Positions 34,776 through 46,195 of a stretch of 64,000 nt of DNA are shown here, in pieces. Position 1 is the stretch's first letter; the number at the start of each line of letters is the position of its first letter. Origin of the DNA: Zygnema circumcarinatum SAG 698-1b (Eukaryota; Plantae; Zygnematophyceae); assembly GCA_037447605.1 (NCBI GenBank), contig CM074808.1:1488001-1552000 (forward strand). The letters are read 5' to 3'. Made by a program: the position numbers and the translations under genes. Below the pieces are notes generated by a model that had not been told where the DNA came from, did not search any database, and saw only the letters and a list, made by a program, of their open reading frames with translations.

Positions 34776-37711
34776 GCCGCACCTTCACAGGGACCATGCC
34801 CGCCGGCAATTTGGTCATGAGCAGCTCCTTGACGCGGCGCACTGCCTTCACGCGATTGGCGAGGAGGTCGAGCAGCGGCATGAGCTCCTTCATGTCAAGG
34901 GGAAACTCCTCCGTTAGCCACAGCATGGGTTTCAGTCCCTTCTTGAACTCGTTCTCTTCCTTCTTCTCAAACCCATCTGTGCTCCTCTTCTTGGCTTTCC
35001 CGCGGCCCTTATCCTCTCCGTCCCCCTCCTGCCGGCCTGCTCCTCTCAAGTTCCTTCTCTCTTCCTCTCTCGCTCGCTTCCCCTCCCCTCCCTCCCACTC
35101 TTTCTCCACTCCCACTCCTCCCGTCTCCTCCGAGCGTTCCGTCCCTCCCCAACTCATCCGATACCTTCTCCCTTTCGCTCGGTATTCCTCCTTCTCTGCC
35201 TTGTAATCCTTCTCTCCTACCCCCTCTCTCATCGGTTGTCTCCCACCAAACCAACCCTCTCTCTTCAAACCATGCTCTCTCCCTCTCCCTTCGCTATCCT
35301 CTCCCAACCCCATCTCCCCACTGAAAACTTTACCTACAGTCGGCCCCACAGAAGGGCTGCTCTTAAACCCCGTCCCCCCCTTACTCCTCACATCTGGAGA
35401 GCTGCAGCCCTCTCCTCTGTCCTCTCCCACTCTCAACCTCCTCATGGAATCATCCAAACTCCCTCTCTCCTCCCCATTCACCTCTCTCCCACCTCCCTCC
35501 TCATACTCCTTCCCTTCCGCCAAAGCATCCTCCAGCTGCCTCCTCTCATCCTCTGTCAAAATGTCCTCCAACTCCATTTGAGAGCTATCATTTTCGTCTT
35601 CTGCATCCTCTCCCTCCCTCCCCTCCTCCTTTTCCAACAGCCCCACTTCATGTGCTCTCCCGTTGCTTCCTTCAGTGCTCCTTCCTCCCGCTCTCCCTCT
35701 ACTCCTCCCTCCTCCCTCTTCTTCTTTCCCCCCAAAAAGCTCGTCATCTGTCATAGCTCCGGGAACTTGCCTTGACTTAAACTTCAGTTGAACATTCTGC
35801 ATTTCGTATATTCTTGATCGGTATCCCCCAACTGACTCCGTTCTTGCGTGCCCTCTCCACGAGGTTTGCGGCACAACCAAAGCTCCCGAAACATCGATTC
35901 CTGCCCTGTAAACATTTGTTTGAAAAAAGGATTTTACATCTGAAGCAATTTCTGCCTCCGTGGGTTCAACTCCCGCGCCTTCGAGAGCATCAAAACTTTC
36001 TTTTTTTTCGTGATTTAGCATTATGATGGTTCCCGGCCTTACTTTCCGATCTCCAATTTCGCTCCCATCGCCGAAAAAGACCAGACTCTGATTTTTCCTT
36101 TTTATTCTGAAACAAGCAGCAAAGGGGGGTTGGATGACAGGTGAGCATCCAAGCGGGGCTCCTTTTGCAGTTAAGAAACTAAAAAATTCAAACGGTAACT
36201 GTTTCAGAGAAGTAGGTTGTAAAGGTTTCTCTCTTGCCCCTTAGGGATTTTCTAGAGCGTCAAGTATTTTGAGAGTCTAATACAGTTGGAGGACAGAATG
36301 GGAGTGAGAGAGGTTGGGAGAGAGAAAGAGAGAGAGAGAGAGATGAATGGCATTTAGTCTTTGCTACACCTTCCAAACTACCAATTAAAGTGGAGCTAGC
36401 ATCTATACTTTCCCAGTCCCTTTATAAATCAACTCAACCAATCCAAAACCACGAAGCACATATGAAAAAAGAGGACATATGGGAGGACTTAATTTCACAT
36501 GCTTGAAATAGATGTGTACAAATGCACATAACCTGCAATCCAAAGTTTGATAAATTTAATAAAGTCGCACACCAATGTGTCTTAGAAAAAAATTGGTGAA
36601 TTTGATAAAGTCACACACCTTAAGCCGTCGAAACCCGCTAGAGTCATATCTGCTCTTAAACAAGACCCCTTCTTCCAGATTCTATATGTGTCAGATGGAG
36701 CAATTCGTGCAATGAAGGGAATAACTGAGCTTTCAAAGCTCCATGTGAGTTCCATATAGAAGTTCCGCATGCGCTTCATTATCGCCGAGAGAGCGGGAAG
36801 GCGCCGCATGTATTTGGCCCATGTCAAGACCTAAAGGGAAGAGGAAACAGCAAAGTTCTTACATTTGTTCAGTGCGTTTAATTGCTGGAATTTTGGCTGA
36901 AAATAGGTTATAAATTGTTTGAAGAATAGCACAACACAGGGAAGGCTTGAGCACTGCGCAGGTACTTATGTTTTAGGTTAAGCGGAGCTACTGCACATAC
37001 CTGATACCTGCGCAGAATGATGGAAGTGAGAACTTCATCTCGCAAGCACACTGCTTCCTGAAGCGGAGTCCACCCTCCAGCGTTCTGCTTGACAGTGGAT
37101 AAAGAATAGGTTAAGCCATTACAGCTACGTCGGACGTTTGCAGAGATGCGAGAGAGTTCCATGACTCTCATGACTACATTCCCCAGAAGACAATGTATTT
37201 AGCGAAAACGACAGACTTAGTCTACGCCTTTCGCGCACGAAAAGGTGAGGGGGGAGTGTTGGGGTGGGATAGTTAGTTGCGAGGAGGGGGGGGGGGGGAA
37301 GAGGCGGGGTGGAAGATAGAAAGTGAGAGGTGCAGGAGAAGACATAGAAAGCGAGCTGCTGCATCCCGTGCTGACCCCTATCTCTCTCACCTGCAAGTTG
37401 AGGTCCGCCCCGGCCGCCATGAGCATGTCCACAGCGAGCGCGTCCCTGAGTCGCACCGCGAGGCAGAGAGGCGACTCCTTGAGGGGGACGTCGCGGCAGT
37501 CGAGGACGGCGCTCGCCCTCACAGCGAGCTCCTCCGCGACCACCGACTCCTCCTCTGTCTGAATGCTGCCGGCGGCCGCGGGCGGAGGGAGGGCCTCCAG
37601 GATGCAGCGGAGGGCGGCATGGTCGCCGCTGAGTATGGCGAGGTGGATGGGGCTGTGGGAGTACTGCTTCGCGGTTTCGAGGGAGGGGGGGGGAGGGGGA
37701 GGAGAGGCCAT
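33608..37711 (-). CDS. Ankyrin repeat domain-containing protein 13-like (ankyrin plus GPCR-chaperone domain)
   Basis: SPIHLAILSGD...ESPLCLAVRLRD...GADLNLQ / NAGGWTPLQEA / WAKYMRRLP...FESSVIPFIARIAPSDTYRIWKKGSCLRADMTLAGFDGLR / KKGLKPMLWLTEEFPL...DLLANRVKAVRRVKELLMTKLPAGMVPVK / VAIPIIPTIRVSVTF...FKVPEDYRW. Confidence 0.92.
34230..34775. repeat. Roughly 545-bp polypurine/polypyrimidine low-complexity tract in an intron of the ANKRD13-like gene
   Basis: Almost exclusively G/A on the + strand. Confidence 0.9.
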
Positions 37712-37734
37712 GGTGGAGCGCGGGAGGGGGGAGG

Positions 37735-38420
37735 GGAGAGGGAGAGGGAGAGAGGAAGGGAGGAGGGAGGAGGAGGAGGGAGGAGGGAGGAGGGGAGGAG
37801 AGGAGGGAGGAGGGAGGAGGGAGGGAGGGAGGAGGGAGGAGGAGGAGGGAGGAGGGAGGAGGGAGGAGGGAGGAGGGAGGAGGGAGGAGGGAGGAGGGAG
37901 GAGGGAGGAGGGAGGAGGGAGGAGGGAGGAGGGAGGAGGGGGGAGGGAGGAGGAGGGAGGGAGGAGGGAGGAGGGAGGAGGAGGAGGGAGGAGGGAGGAG
38001 GGAGGAGGGAGGAGGGAGGAGGGAGGAGGGAGGAGGGAGGGAGGAGGGAGGAGGGAGGAGGGAGGAGGAGGAGGGAGAGGGAGGAGGAAGGAGGGAGGAG
38101 GGAGGGAGGAAGGAGGGAGGAGGGAGGAGGGAGGAGGGAGGAGGGGGAAGGGAGGGAGGGAGGAGGGAGGAGGGAGGAGGGAGGAGGGAGGAGGGAGGAG
38201 GGAGGAGGGAGGAGGGAGGAGGGAGGAGGGAGAGGAGGGAGGAGGGAGGAGGGAGGAGGGGGAAGGGAGGGAGGGAGGAGGGAGGAGGGAGGAGGGAGGA
38301 GGGAGGGGGAGGAAGGGAGGGAGGGAGGGAGGTGGGAGGGAGGGAGGGAGGTGGGAGGGGGAGAGGAGGGATGGAAGGAGGGAGGGGGGAGAGTAGGGAG
38401 AGAGGGAGGAAGTGGGGGAG
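37735..38420. repeat. Roughly 680-bp (GGAGGGA)n purine minisatellite immediately upstream of the ANKRD13-like ATG
   Basis: Heptamer repeat with variants, seen directly. Confidence 0.92.
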
Positions 38421-38709
38421 GGAGGGACGCGTGGCAGTCGTCCGGCGTTTCGGGGTCCGCTCGTCGCCCTAAAACCGGTCCGTACATGTTTCGTACTGTC
38501 TGGACTGTACGAATAGTCGGTGAGCGTACGGCGGACCGCCCCCAGCAGCCACCTCCCGCCACGTGGCGGCCGTCCGGGTCCGGTACAGCTGGCCTGGCCT
38601 GCATGCATGCAACCGCCGCCGTCCGCTGGCGGCGGAGGGGAGGAAATCGGAGAGGGAGGGAGGGAGTGAGGGAGAGTGGCGGCGGGAAGGTGGGGCTGCA
38701 GGGCTTAAG

Positions 38710-38711
<2 letters not shown>

Positions 38712-38779
<68 letters not shown>

Positions 38780-38782
38780 GAG
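38712..38782. repeat. (GA)n microsatellite
   Basis: Seen directly. Confidence 0.95.
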
Positions 38783-39146
38783 AGAATTTTTTCAAGCGGT
38801 GTTAGTTTCTGAATAAAAATTGGGAAAAAAAGTGTAGTTTTACTTATTTGTTTCTTTCTTAGTTTCACTATCTCTCTGGCTCGCTCGCTCTTAGAAAGAA
38901 TTCCCTTGTCGTAGCAGCTCTCGCTCCTTTCCTCCTCTCCCACCCGCCTCTCCCGCCTCCTCCTCGGCCTCTCCCAGCTCTCGCTTCTACCTCTCGCCAG
39001 TTGTCACTGAACCCTCCTCCCTCTCCCTCGCCTGCTCTCATCTCTCCCTCTCCCTCGCCCTCTCCCCCCTCCTTCTGCTGGATTTCTTCTACTCCACTCC
39101 GGCCGTCACACTGGTCTGCGCCAGCGCAGGCCCATATTTACGAGTT

Positions 39147-39263
39147 TGGGGGGTTTAGCCCCCTTGAGAATTTGAAATTCATTTTTTTTCTATTTTCTTT
39201 TATGTATTTTATGCTGCGAGAGGGCTTAGCCCCCCCTCAGCAAAATTCCTGGATGCGCCACTG
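39147..39263. mobile_element. Possible remnant end of a small non-autonomous DNA transposon (MITE-like)
   Basis: Two GGGGG-(C/T)TTAG-CCCCC palindromes followed by AAATTCCTGGATGCGCCACTG, which resembles a common MITE terminus. No matching opposite terminus was found. Confidence 0.3.
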
Positions 39264-40372
39264 CTTGCAGGGTTGGATGTGTGTGCATTCCGCATCTGTA
39301 CGTGTGCATATACCCACGCATTCGTTCATGCACGTGCGAATGCAACATGTGAACAGCCCGCATTAGTTGCGCCGTACGCATTTCGCTCTTAACAACAGTA
39401 GCGCGGGGCACTCTGACTGCGTACCAGCAGGAGATATGATGCACCGCGTAAAGCTGAACTTTAGAATTACCATTTGTGTTGACATCGGAAAGAAAACACG
39501 CAATCGGAATGTATGAAGTCAGCTTGAATATGCACACAAGCACGCGCGCGCAGTTCACCCACACAGCAGCGATCGATCGACTTCACCCCTCCCCTCCCCT
39601 CCCCTATCCACTCTCTCTCCGCGCTCCGCGCGCTCGGATGGTGTCGTTGTGGCATGTGCGGTGTGTGTCGATCCTCGAAGAACCCGAAAGTTGCCATGCA
39701 CATGCACATGCACATGCATGCGTTCATCCATGCATCCAGGCCGCATGTGCGACCATACGGCGGCCCATGCTCCAGTTCCAGTTCCAGTTTCCGCGCGGGC
39801 CCGTCCCATGTCGGCTGGCCCACGGCGCGCCGTCTCCCGCTTCTGTTGCCTCCGATTGGCGGACGTAGTGATGATGGCGGAGCTGGCCGTACGGAAACGA
39901 CCAGGCCATTATTGCCGCCTGCAGACGGCCCCCCGCCCGCCTGCCACGTGGCGATACACCAGCCACGACCCCGCACGTGCCGGTCGTCGGCCAGCCCGCG
40001 GCATCCCCCTCCGGGATTTCGGCTCAGCCCGAACGAACTTCAAACGCGCATGGAAGCGCTCGTTCTGTGACGTCACAGTTATCCGCCGATGTTACCGTAC
40101 GGCCTGCCGCCGTTCGGCCGAGATTCGCGGCCGCGCCCGTGCCGCCCAGACCGCATAATGGTCGGAGGTGACGACCTCGTCGGATGGAGGACACGTGGCG
40201 ACGCGGCCTGCGGGCCGTCGGGCAGCCTTCTTCTGCAAGTGCTGGTCGGTCCGTACGACCCGCAATGGCGCCAAAAGTCACGAGGGTAAAGGACCGCCGT
40301 ACGGCCCGATCGACGAGCGCTGCCGTACTGCGTGCGTGCCTGGGCTGCAGCCGACAAGGCGGAAGTACTGCG

Positions 40373-40492
40373 CCAATCAGCAGCCACCGACAATGTGGCA
40401 AACCAGTCAGAAACCACCGACAGTTTGACAAACCATTCAGAAACTACCGACAATATGACAGATCAATCAGAAGCCAGCGACGACGTGACAGC
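40373..40492. repeat. 30-bp minisatellite, four degenerate copies
   Basis: CCAATCAGCAGCCACCGACAATGTGGCAAA / CCAGTCAGAAACCACCGACAGTTTGACAAA / CCATTCAGAAACTACCGACAATATGACAGA / TCAATCAGAAGCCAGCGACGACGTGACAGC. Confidence 0.85.
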
Positions 40493-41376
40493 GACATTTG
40501 GCCTGTGGGGGTTGGTCGAGGGGGCGGCCACCTTCGTTTGTAGGGACGCGGAGCAACTGCCGGCAGGCGGGCTCATGATTGGCGAGTTGTGCACGTAAAC
40601 GGCGGCCTCGGCCGGGGGGCGGCAGGGAGGGCACCGAGGGCATGGCAAGTTGTTGTGTCATGGACTCAAGTGTTGTGTGTTGTGGCCGCGCATGTTGAAG
40701 TACTTCGAGCGAAGGCATTGTCCTTCCACTTTTCTACAAAAGTAAGCGTATTTTTGCAAGTTCATTTAGATTCGATAGTTGGATTGTTTTCTTCAGCTTT
40801 GATCGTCTAGTCCATGCTAACCTGCTAGGCTGCTACTGCGTTTATTGTCCCAAGGTCTCATATCTATTGCGAATGTCCATGTTTGTGCGAACCAGGAAAA
40901 GGGTTGTTATGGTACACACAGTTTTACGCATCCTTCACATGCTATAGACGGCAAGCTCGCAGACAACCAAAAGGAGCAGCCGGCGTCACAACCTTGCGGT
41001 ACATGATGGCTTCACACCAAGCAGTAGGCTTGCGAATCAGAATTTTCTTTTTTTCTGCTTTCTTGTCTGTGTGCCACACAACAGTCGCGGCCTCTCGCCA
41101 TCATTCTCTGTCCTTTTACTCCGGTCGACAAGTTGTCGTGCCAGTTGTAAACTACTGAACTGAAACCAAGAAAACTAACAGAATAAATTGTCCGTCAAGA
41201 AACGAATAGAGACACATACACAGCTAACCTAAAATAAAAAAATATATGGCCTGTTGTTCTATACAGTATCCGATCCCGTTGATTTATTCGGCACGGATGC
41301 GCCCGTGAACCAAGCCCGCAGCAGCGTGATGGCAAGTAACTTCGTTTTTTTGCTTTGAAATGAGAGAGGGCTCCGC

Positions 41377-42327
41377 TCACGACTCATCGTACTCCTCGTT
41401 GTCAGTCCCCAGAGCGTCGAGGTTCTCGAATGCTGCATTGTAACAAAAAAAAAAAAAAAAAGTTGTTAGCTTCTGGCTGTGGAGCTAAACCTGTTATCAA
41501 CCTCATACTTGAACAGTTGTCAGTTACTTGACCATCAATTAAGAAAACAAACGATTTGTACGAGAAAAGTGACAGGCTATCATTCCAGCTTGCTGCTTTC
41601 GACCAACAAGTGAACGCAGAATCTGGACGGAAGGAAGAACAAATTGCAAAGAGCTGTAGGCAGTACTTAATACTCCAGAACGATAGAGTGGAAAAAAACC
41701 ACAAAGCCACAAGCTGTAAAAGAACGCAGTCGTTGCACCTGGCAGAACGATATCTTCCTCGTCCGCAACTTCCGAATCTTCTTCCGATTCTGGCAGCGGC
41801 CGCCGGTCTTCAGAGAGCTCGTTCTTCTTTAGAGCCTCTTGCAGGTCTTTGCGGCCAAGACTCTGCAACACATGAATGCAAGCTGAGCATGTCAAGTCAG
41901 ATTTTTTTTTTTTTTTTTTAACTTCAAACATGCGAGCGAAAGGACATTCAAACTGGAATTGGAGTTGAGATAAGCCCCCGAAAATTCGATACAAGAATAA
42001 AAATGACTTATTTCCAGGTATGGGCACGTTTAGCTTCACTTCTTTAAGAGCATGAGCCTTAATAACAGCATGATCTCCATTAAAATCAAACTGAAAAGTG
42101 CGATTCCAATAGAATATGCAGCTTAAATGGAGCACTCGTCAACACTTATCGATTCTTACCAAGCTGAATTCTGAAACGTATCTCAGCATTCTTCGTGCGC
42201 TGACGCGCTCATCCTGCACCGCGTGAGCTGGAACTGCAACTTTCGCTACGAGAAACGTGACTGCAAGGATGAAGAAAATTAAACTTCCACAACGAGGGGC
42301 CATGACGCACGCCGAAGCTGATTCCAC
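41377..42327 (-). CDS. Small secreted acidic protein of unknown family (about 130 aa, four exons)
   Basis: Phase-consistent GT-AG splicing gives a signal peptide (MAPRCGSLIFFILAVTFLVAKVAVPAHA), then VQDERVSARRMLRYVSEFSL / FDFNGDHAVIKAHALKE / SLGRKDLQEALKK...EDIVLP / AFENLDALGTDNEEYDES*. A TATA-like element lies upstream. Confidence 0.65.
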
Positions 42328-42437
42328 CCCCGCCCAGCGCCTGCCAAGATCAAATCGATATAAAGTGCCACTCGCAGCCGCCTCTGCTCCTCCGCCTTCC
42401 TTCCTCCCCGCGACCTCCCTCCTTCCCTTCCTCCCTC

Positions 42438-42458
42438 CCTATATATACATATATACAC
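42438..42458 (-). promoter_or_regulatory. TATA box of the secreted-protein gene
   Basis: GTGTATATATGTATATATAGGG on the - strand about 110-130 nt upstream of the ATG, in otherwise GC-rich DNA. Confidence 0.55.
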
Positions 42459-43273
42459 CTCACCGGCAGGCGGCCGTTGCCCCATCCCCCCTCCCTCCCT
42501 CCCTCCCTCCCTGCCTGCAGTTGCCCGCCCCGGCCCGCCCCGCAACCCCTCCGCCTTGGCCTCGCCCCGCGGCCCTTTCGGGCGGGCCCGCAACTGCCAC
42601 GGCGGGCGCCGCCCAACGGAGTCACGACACGCCACATCACGGCACCCCGTCGTTGTGGCCCCACGCTCGCGTTCACACTCGCCGGCGCAGCGCGGGTCGA
42701 AGAAGGCCTCGTACGGTGAGGTACAGTGATCGTACAGCATACCGTACGTTGCCGTACGGTCGGGTAGGCCGTACATAAACCGCGGGCGCCTGTCGCTTCT
42801 GGGCGGGCCTGCGCGGCGCTGCAAACGACAGTCACAGTTGCAGTTACAGTTCCAGGTGAGGTCACAGTGAAAAAACAGTTCGGATTTTATCGCAGTTTCA
42901 GTTACAGTTTCTGTGCCAGCGCTCTCAGCGATACCGCCCTCGGCTGGCAGCCCGCGCGGCTCGAGGCTCGAGGAGGGTCGAGATGAGAGGAGGGGGGAGG
43001 GATATGGCCATAGAAGGCTGGGAGGGAGTCCGCGCTGCCTCTAGGCTTGGTTACGTCATGCGCTTTTACCATGTGCGACATAATTACTCGATCATAGTAT
43101 TGCTTGACTACCTCATGCAAACTTCCAAATATGAATTGACAATTTTGTATGATTTAGTTCGGATTCTCGTGGTTCTCGTGCGAGGCGCAGCACTTAACGC
43201 ATACACAAACGAAGAGCACAAGCTAAGAGGCATTCGAAATAATTTAAAAATTAAAAAGAATGTTTCAGATTGA

Positions 43274-43308
<35 letters not shown>

Positions 43309-43318
43309 NNNNNNNNNN
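43309..43318. other. Assembly gap (10 N) inside a poly-C run
   Basis: N bases flanked by poly-C. Confidence 0.99.
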
Positions 43319-43349
43319 CCCCCCCCCCCCCCCCCTGTTGCAGTCCCCT

Positions 43350-46195
43350 CTACCGATAATATGCCATTTGGCGGCTGGAGGTGAAAGGCGATACATCGTG
43401 AGGGCGAACCACCGCCAGCTTTGGAGGGTCCTTCCTCGCTAGATTCCGATTTTCCCTCTCCTCCCGCTCCCTCCTCAGCCACGGCTCGACCACCCCTATG
43501 AGGTTCTTGGCTCCATTTGGGCCACAGAGCTCAGGCAGGCCCGCGAGTTTCTCTGACCGTTTGAGTTTCCCTCCCTCCACATAAGCCACGTCAGTAGCCC
43601 ACGTCTCCAGACCATCGAAGATATGTGTCGCGTAGATGATCGTGGCGCCTCTCTGCTCAACAAGGGAGGTGAAATGCGCACAGAATGTTAGACACGAGCT
43701 TGCCAGGACAACTTCTAACACAAAGGATGAGTAGTAGTCTAATCTCCATGTAGTAGCTGTGAGAGGGAAACAGCATCCGCAGACGAAGGTCTCATCACAC
43801 CTCGTCACACTCCTTTTGGAAGAAATTGAGAAGGTCCATCCGCGCCACCACATCCAGGTCAACTGTGATCTCATCCAAGAGAAGTATCTGCCACCATCCT
43901 CAAGCCCACAATGAGAGAAAGTCGTTTGTATCTGCCCACAGAAGCTCCCATTTCTCCCTCTATGCACGCTCTCTCTAGACATGTTCTATGCCAGTCAGTT
44001 TTGCCCACCTTGAAAGGCTTCAGCAGGCCCATGCAGATCTGAACACGCCGCCGCTGTCCATCTGACACTTTATGCATTCGCCACTGCAGGTCAATGTCAA
44101 GCAGTTCAATCAACTCCATCCGCCGCTCCGGGTCCACATCAGCAACTGCATATCAAGCAGCCAGTTTTCTTCATAAGAGGGGTCTAAGTTAGCAGTACAC
44201 GAGGATCAAGGCACTTTTGATAAAAACAAGTTTTGGAATTTGCAAAAAGTATAATAGTACAGACGTGTAGCATGACCACTAGAAGGATCATGGCTTTAGC
44301 GCGACTTGCCTCCAAAAATCATATGCTCTGCAGAAAAGTCTCCCTGCAGAGGCACTTCGCCCTGCAGGCAAAACAATAAACTCTTCGCGTCAACATCCTT
44401 AAGCTAACTATTGCAAAGCCTCGGCCTGCAAGGAGGGAAGCAGCTCGATGGACTTTGAATTGCAATAATGACGCCCAAAAATAGTGCACAGCACAAAACT
44501 TGCAAGAAAAAAAGAAAAAATTGAAAAAAAAAACCGGAATTTGTCTATGCAAATTATGGCGAAGAGAATCAACCATGTAACAAAGAAGAAGCAAGACACA
44601 AGTAGGAGCGAAGGCTTTACCGCGCTGCCTATATTTCGGCTCCAAGTGCCCCCCAAGTAGCAGAGCGTGCCGTCACACACGAGCATTGTGTCGTGGAAAG
44701 CGGAACGGCCCAGAATTCGGACCACATCCTTCCCCCCCACAAGGTGCTTGCCAGCCACCACCTTCAGCAGCGTTGTCTTCCCTACACTTGCCGCCATTCA
44801 CAGAAATGAAAGCGGAGCAAGGCCCAGAATCCACAACAAAGCCACATTCAAATCAACAACCACCTCGAATGCATTGTTTGCATCTCCAAAAGTGTCCCAA
44901 CTTGAACAGCACAGCCTAGTTAAGTGCCAGGAAGGAAAGACATGTAGCTACCACACAGAGAGGGGTAGCCACTAATATTAAGACTCCAATAAAAGTAGCA
45001 TGAGAAACAATGTCAAGGAAGACCATGTTTGCCCGTGTTTGGACTTCAATGCTTATATGAAAAGAAAATTGAGGCTACGGAATCAAACTTTTTGCAAAAC
45101 AAGCATGTGCCCGCTCATCCATCGTTTTACACTTCAACATTTGCCCAAAAAATGGTTTTTTGAAATCTTATTACCACGTCAATACCTTCTGCACCTGACT
45201 CGCTTGACATCGGACTTACCAAATATTGTCCCCCTAGCATGGTCTGGAGGAGTTAATCATTAAGTAAAGAGTTTTGGAGACTGAGGGGTGAAGGATGTGG
45301 GTCTTGGAAACGCGCCAACGCACAGTTCCTCTTGGATCAGATTCTCTAGTGAAGTGGTGCAATTGTCACGTGCTTCCTAACTCTGTTCAACACGCAACGA
45401 AAAGCCAATGACACTCTCTGTAAAACTTACTTGGCATTCACAAAGAGGTGAATACATTTCATATTTTGTGTCAGGCTGGTTTAATTACCCCTGCCGCGCA
45501 TTATCTATGGCAAAAGACTGCCAAACTGAAACCTAATCCTTCCACAGTCAGCTTCCTGATCGGGCTAATGCCAAAATCCTCCTATCTGAATGACGTAAAA
45601 CACAAATACATAAGCACCGCCTCCAGACATGAAAGCAATGCAAATTTCATAACCCCAGCGACTGGCGTTCTGTAGTCAACGAATTTCTCCTGTTCCCCTT
45701 TGCAATTTGATCATCTGAGAGTTGTAACACGTATTGCAGTTCAGGAAGTTTGAACAGGCATAAGGTTGCGGATCCTCCAGCCTGTCACCAATCATTGCAC
45801 ATGACAGAATTGTGCATTGGACTACTTTGATCTACTTTACTCCTAAGATACGTGCTGAAGTAACTGATATGTTTTCGCAATCGAGGGAATTTTCTCTACA
45901 TCGTGTCCATACCACCAGTGAAACGCCTTCTGAAAAGTCATTTTGAGATCCAGTACGTCCACCTCCACGATATACAATTACCACTCTCACATGCCCTTTC
46001 CCCAGCCGCTCTCTATTCTCACAATCAATGTACAATCATCTTACCTGCTCCATTGGCGCCTATGAGGAGGCAGCGATCTCCAGCCTTCAGCTTCAGGGTA
46101 AAATCGGAGATGAAGGGACCCTGCCCGGGATACTCAAACGACATGGAGTTCACCTCCACTGTTGCAGAGCTCGCATCTTTCCCGTTCTCACCCAT
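43350..46195 (-). CDS. Soluble ABC-transporter I family ATPase (ABCI19/ABCI21-like, yeast Caf16-like)
   Basis: Walker A LIGANGA|[31 protein letters not shown], signature [16 protein letters not shown], Walker [18 protein letters not shown]-loop [14 protein letters not shown] and C-terminus SSRQMAYYR*. Confidence 0.93.

Noticed and set aside
34121-35206. Poly-G/E/R and poly-P/S/L ORFs, and the middle of the 649-aa ORF
   Set aside because: They read through a purine-tract intron. The conserved frame splices from GMVPVK to VAIPIIPTIRV.
37217-38943. Long ORFs of 463, 511, 474 and 277 aa on both strands
   Set aside because: They are produced by the stop-free GGAGGGA and GA repeats. Only the part from ATG 37711 matches the ankyrin protein.
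40373-40492. 30-bp repeats as a CRISPR array
   Set aside because: The units are directly adjacent with no unique spacers, there are no cas genes, and the context is eukaryotic.
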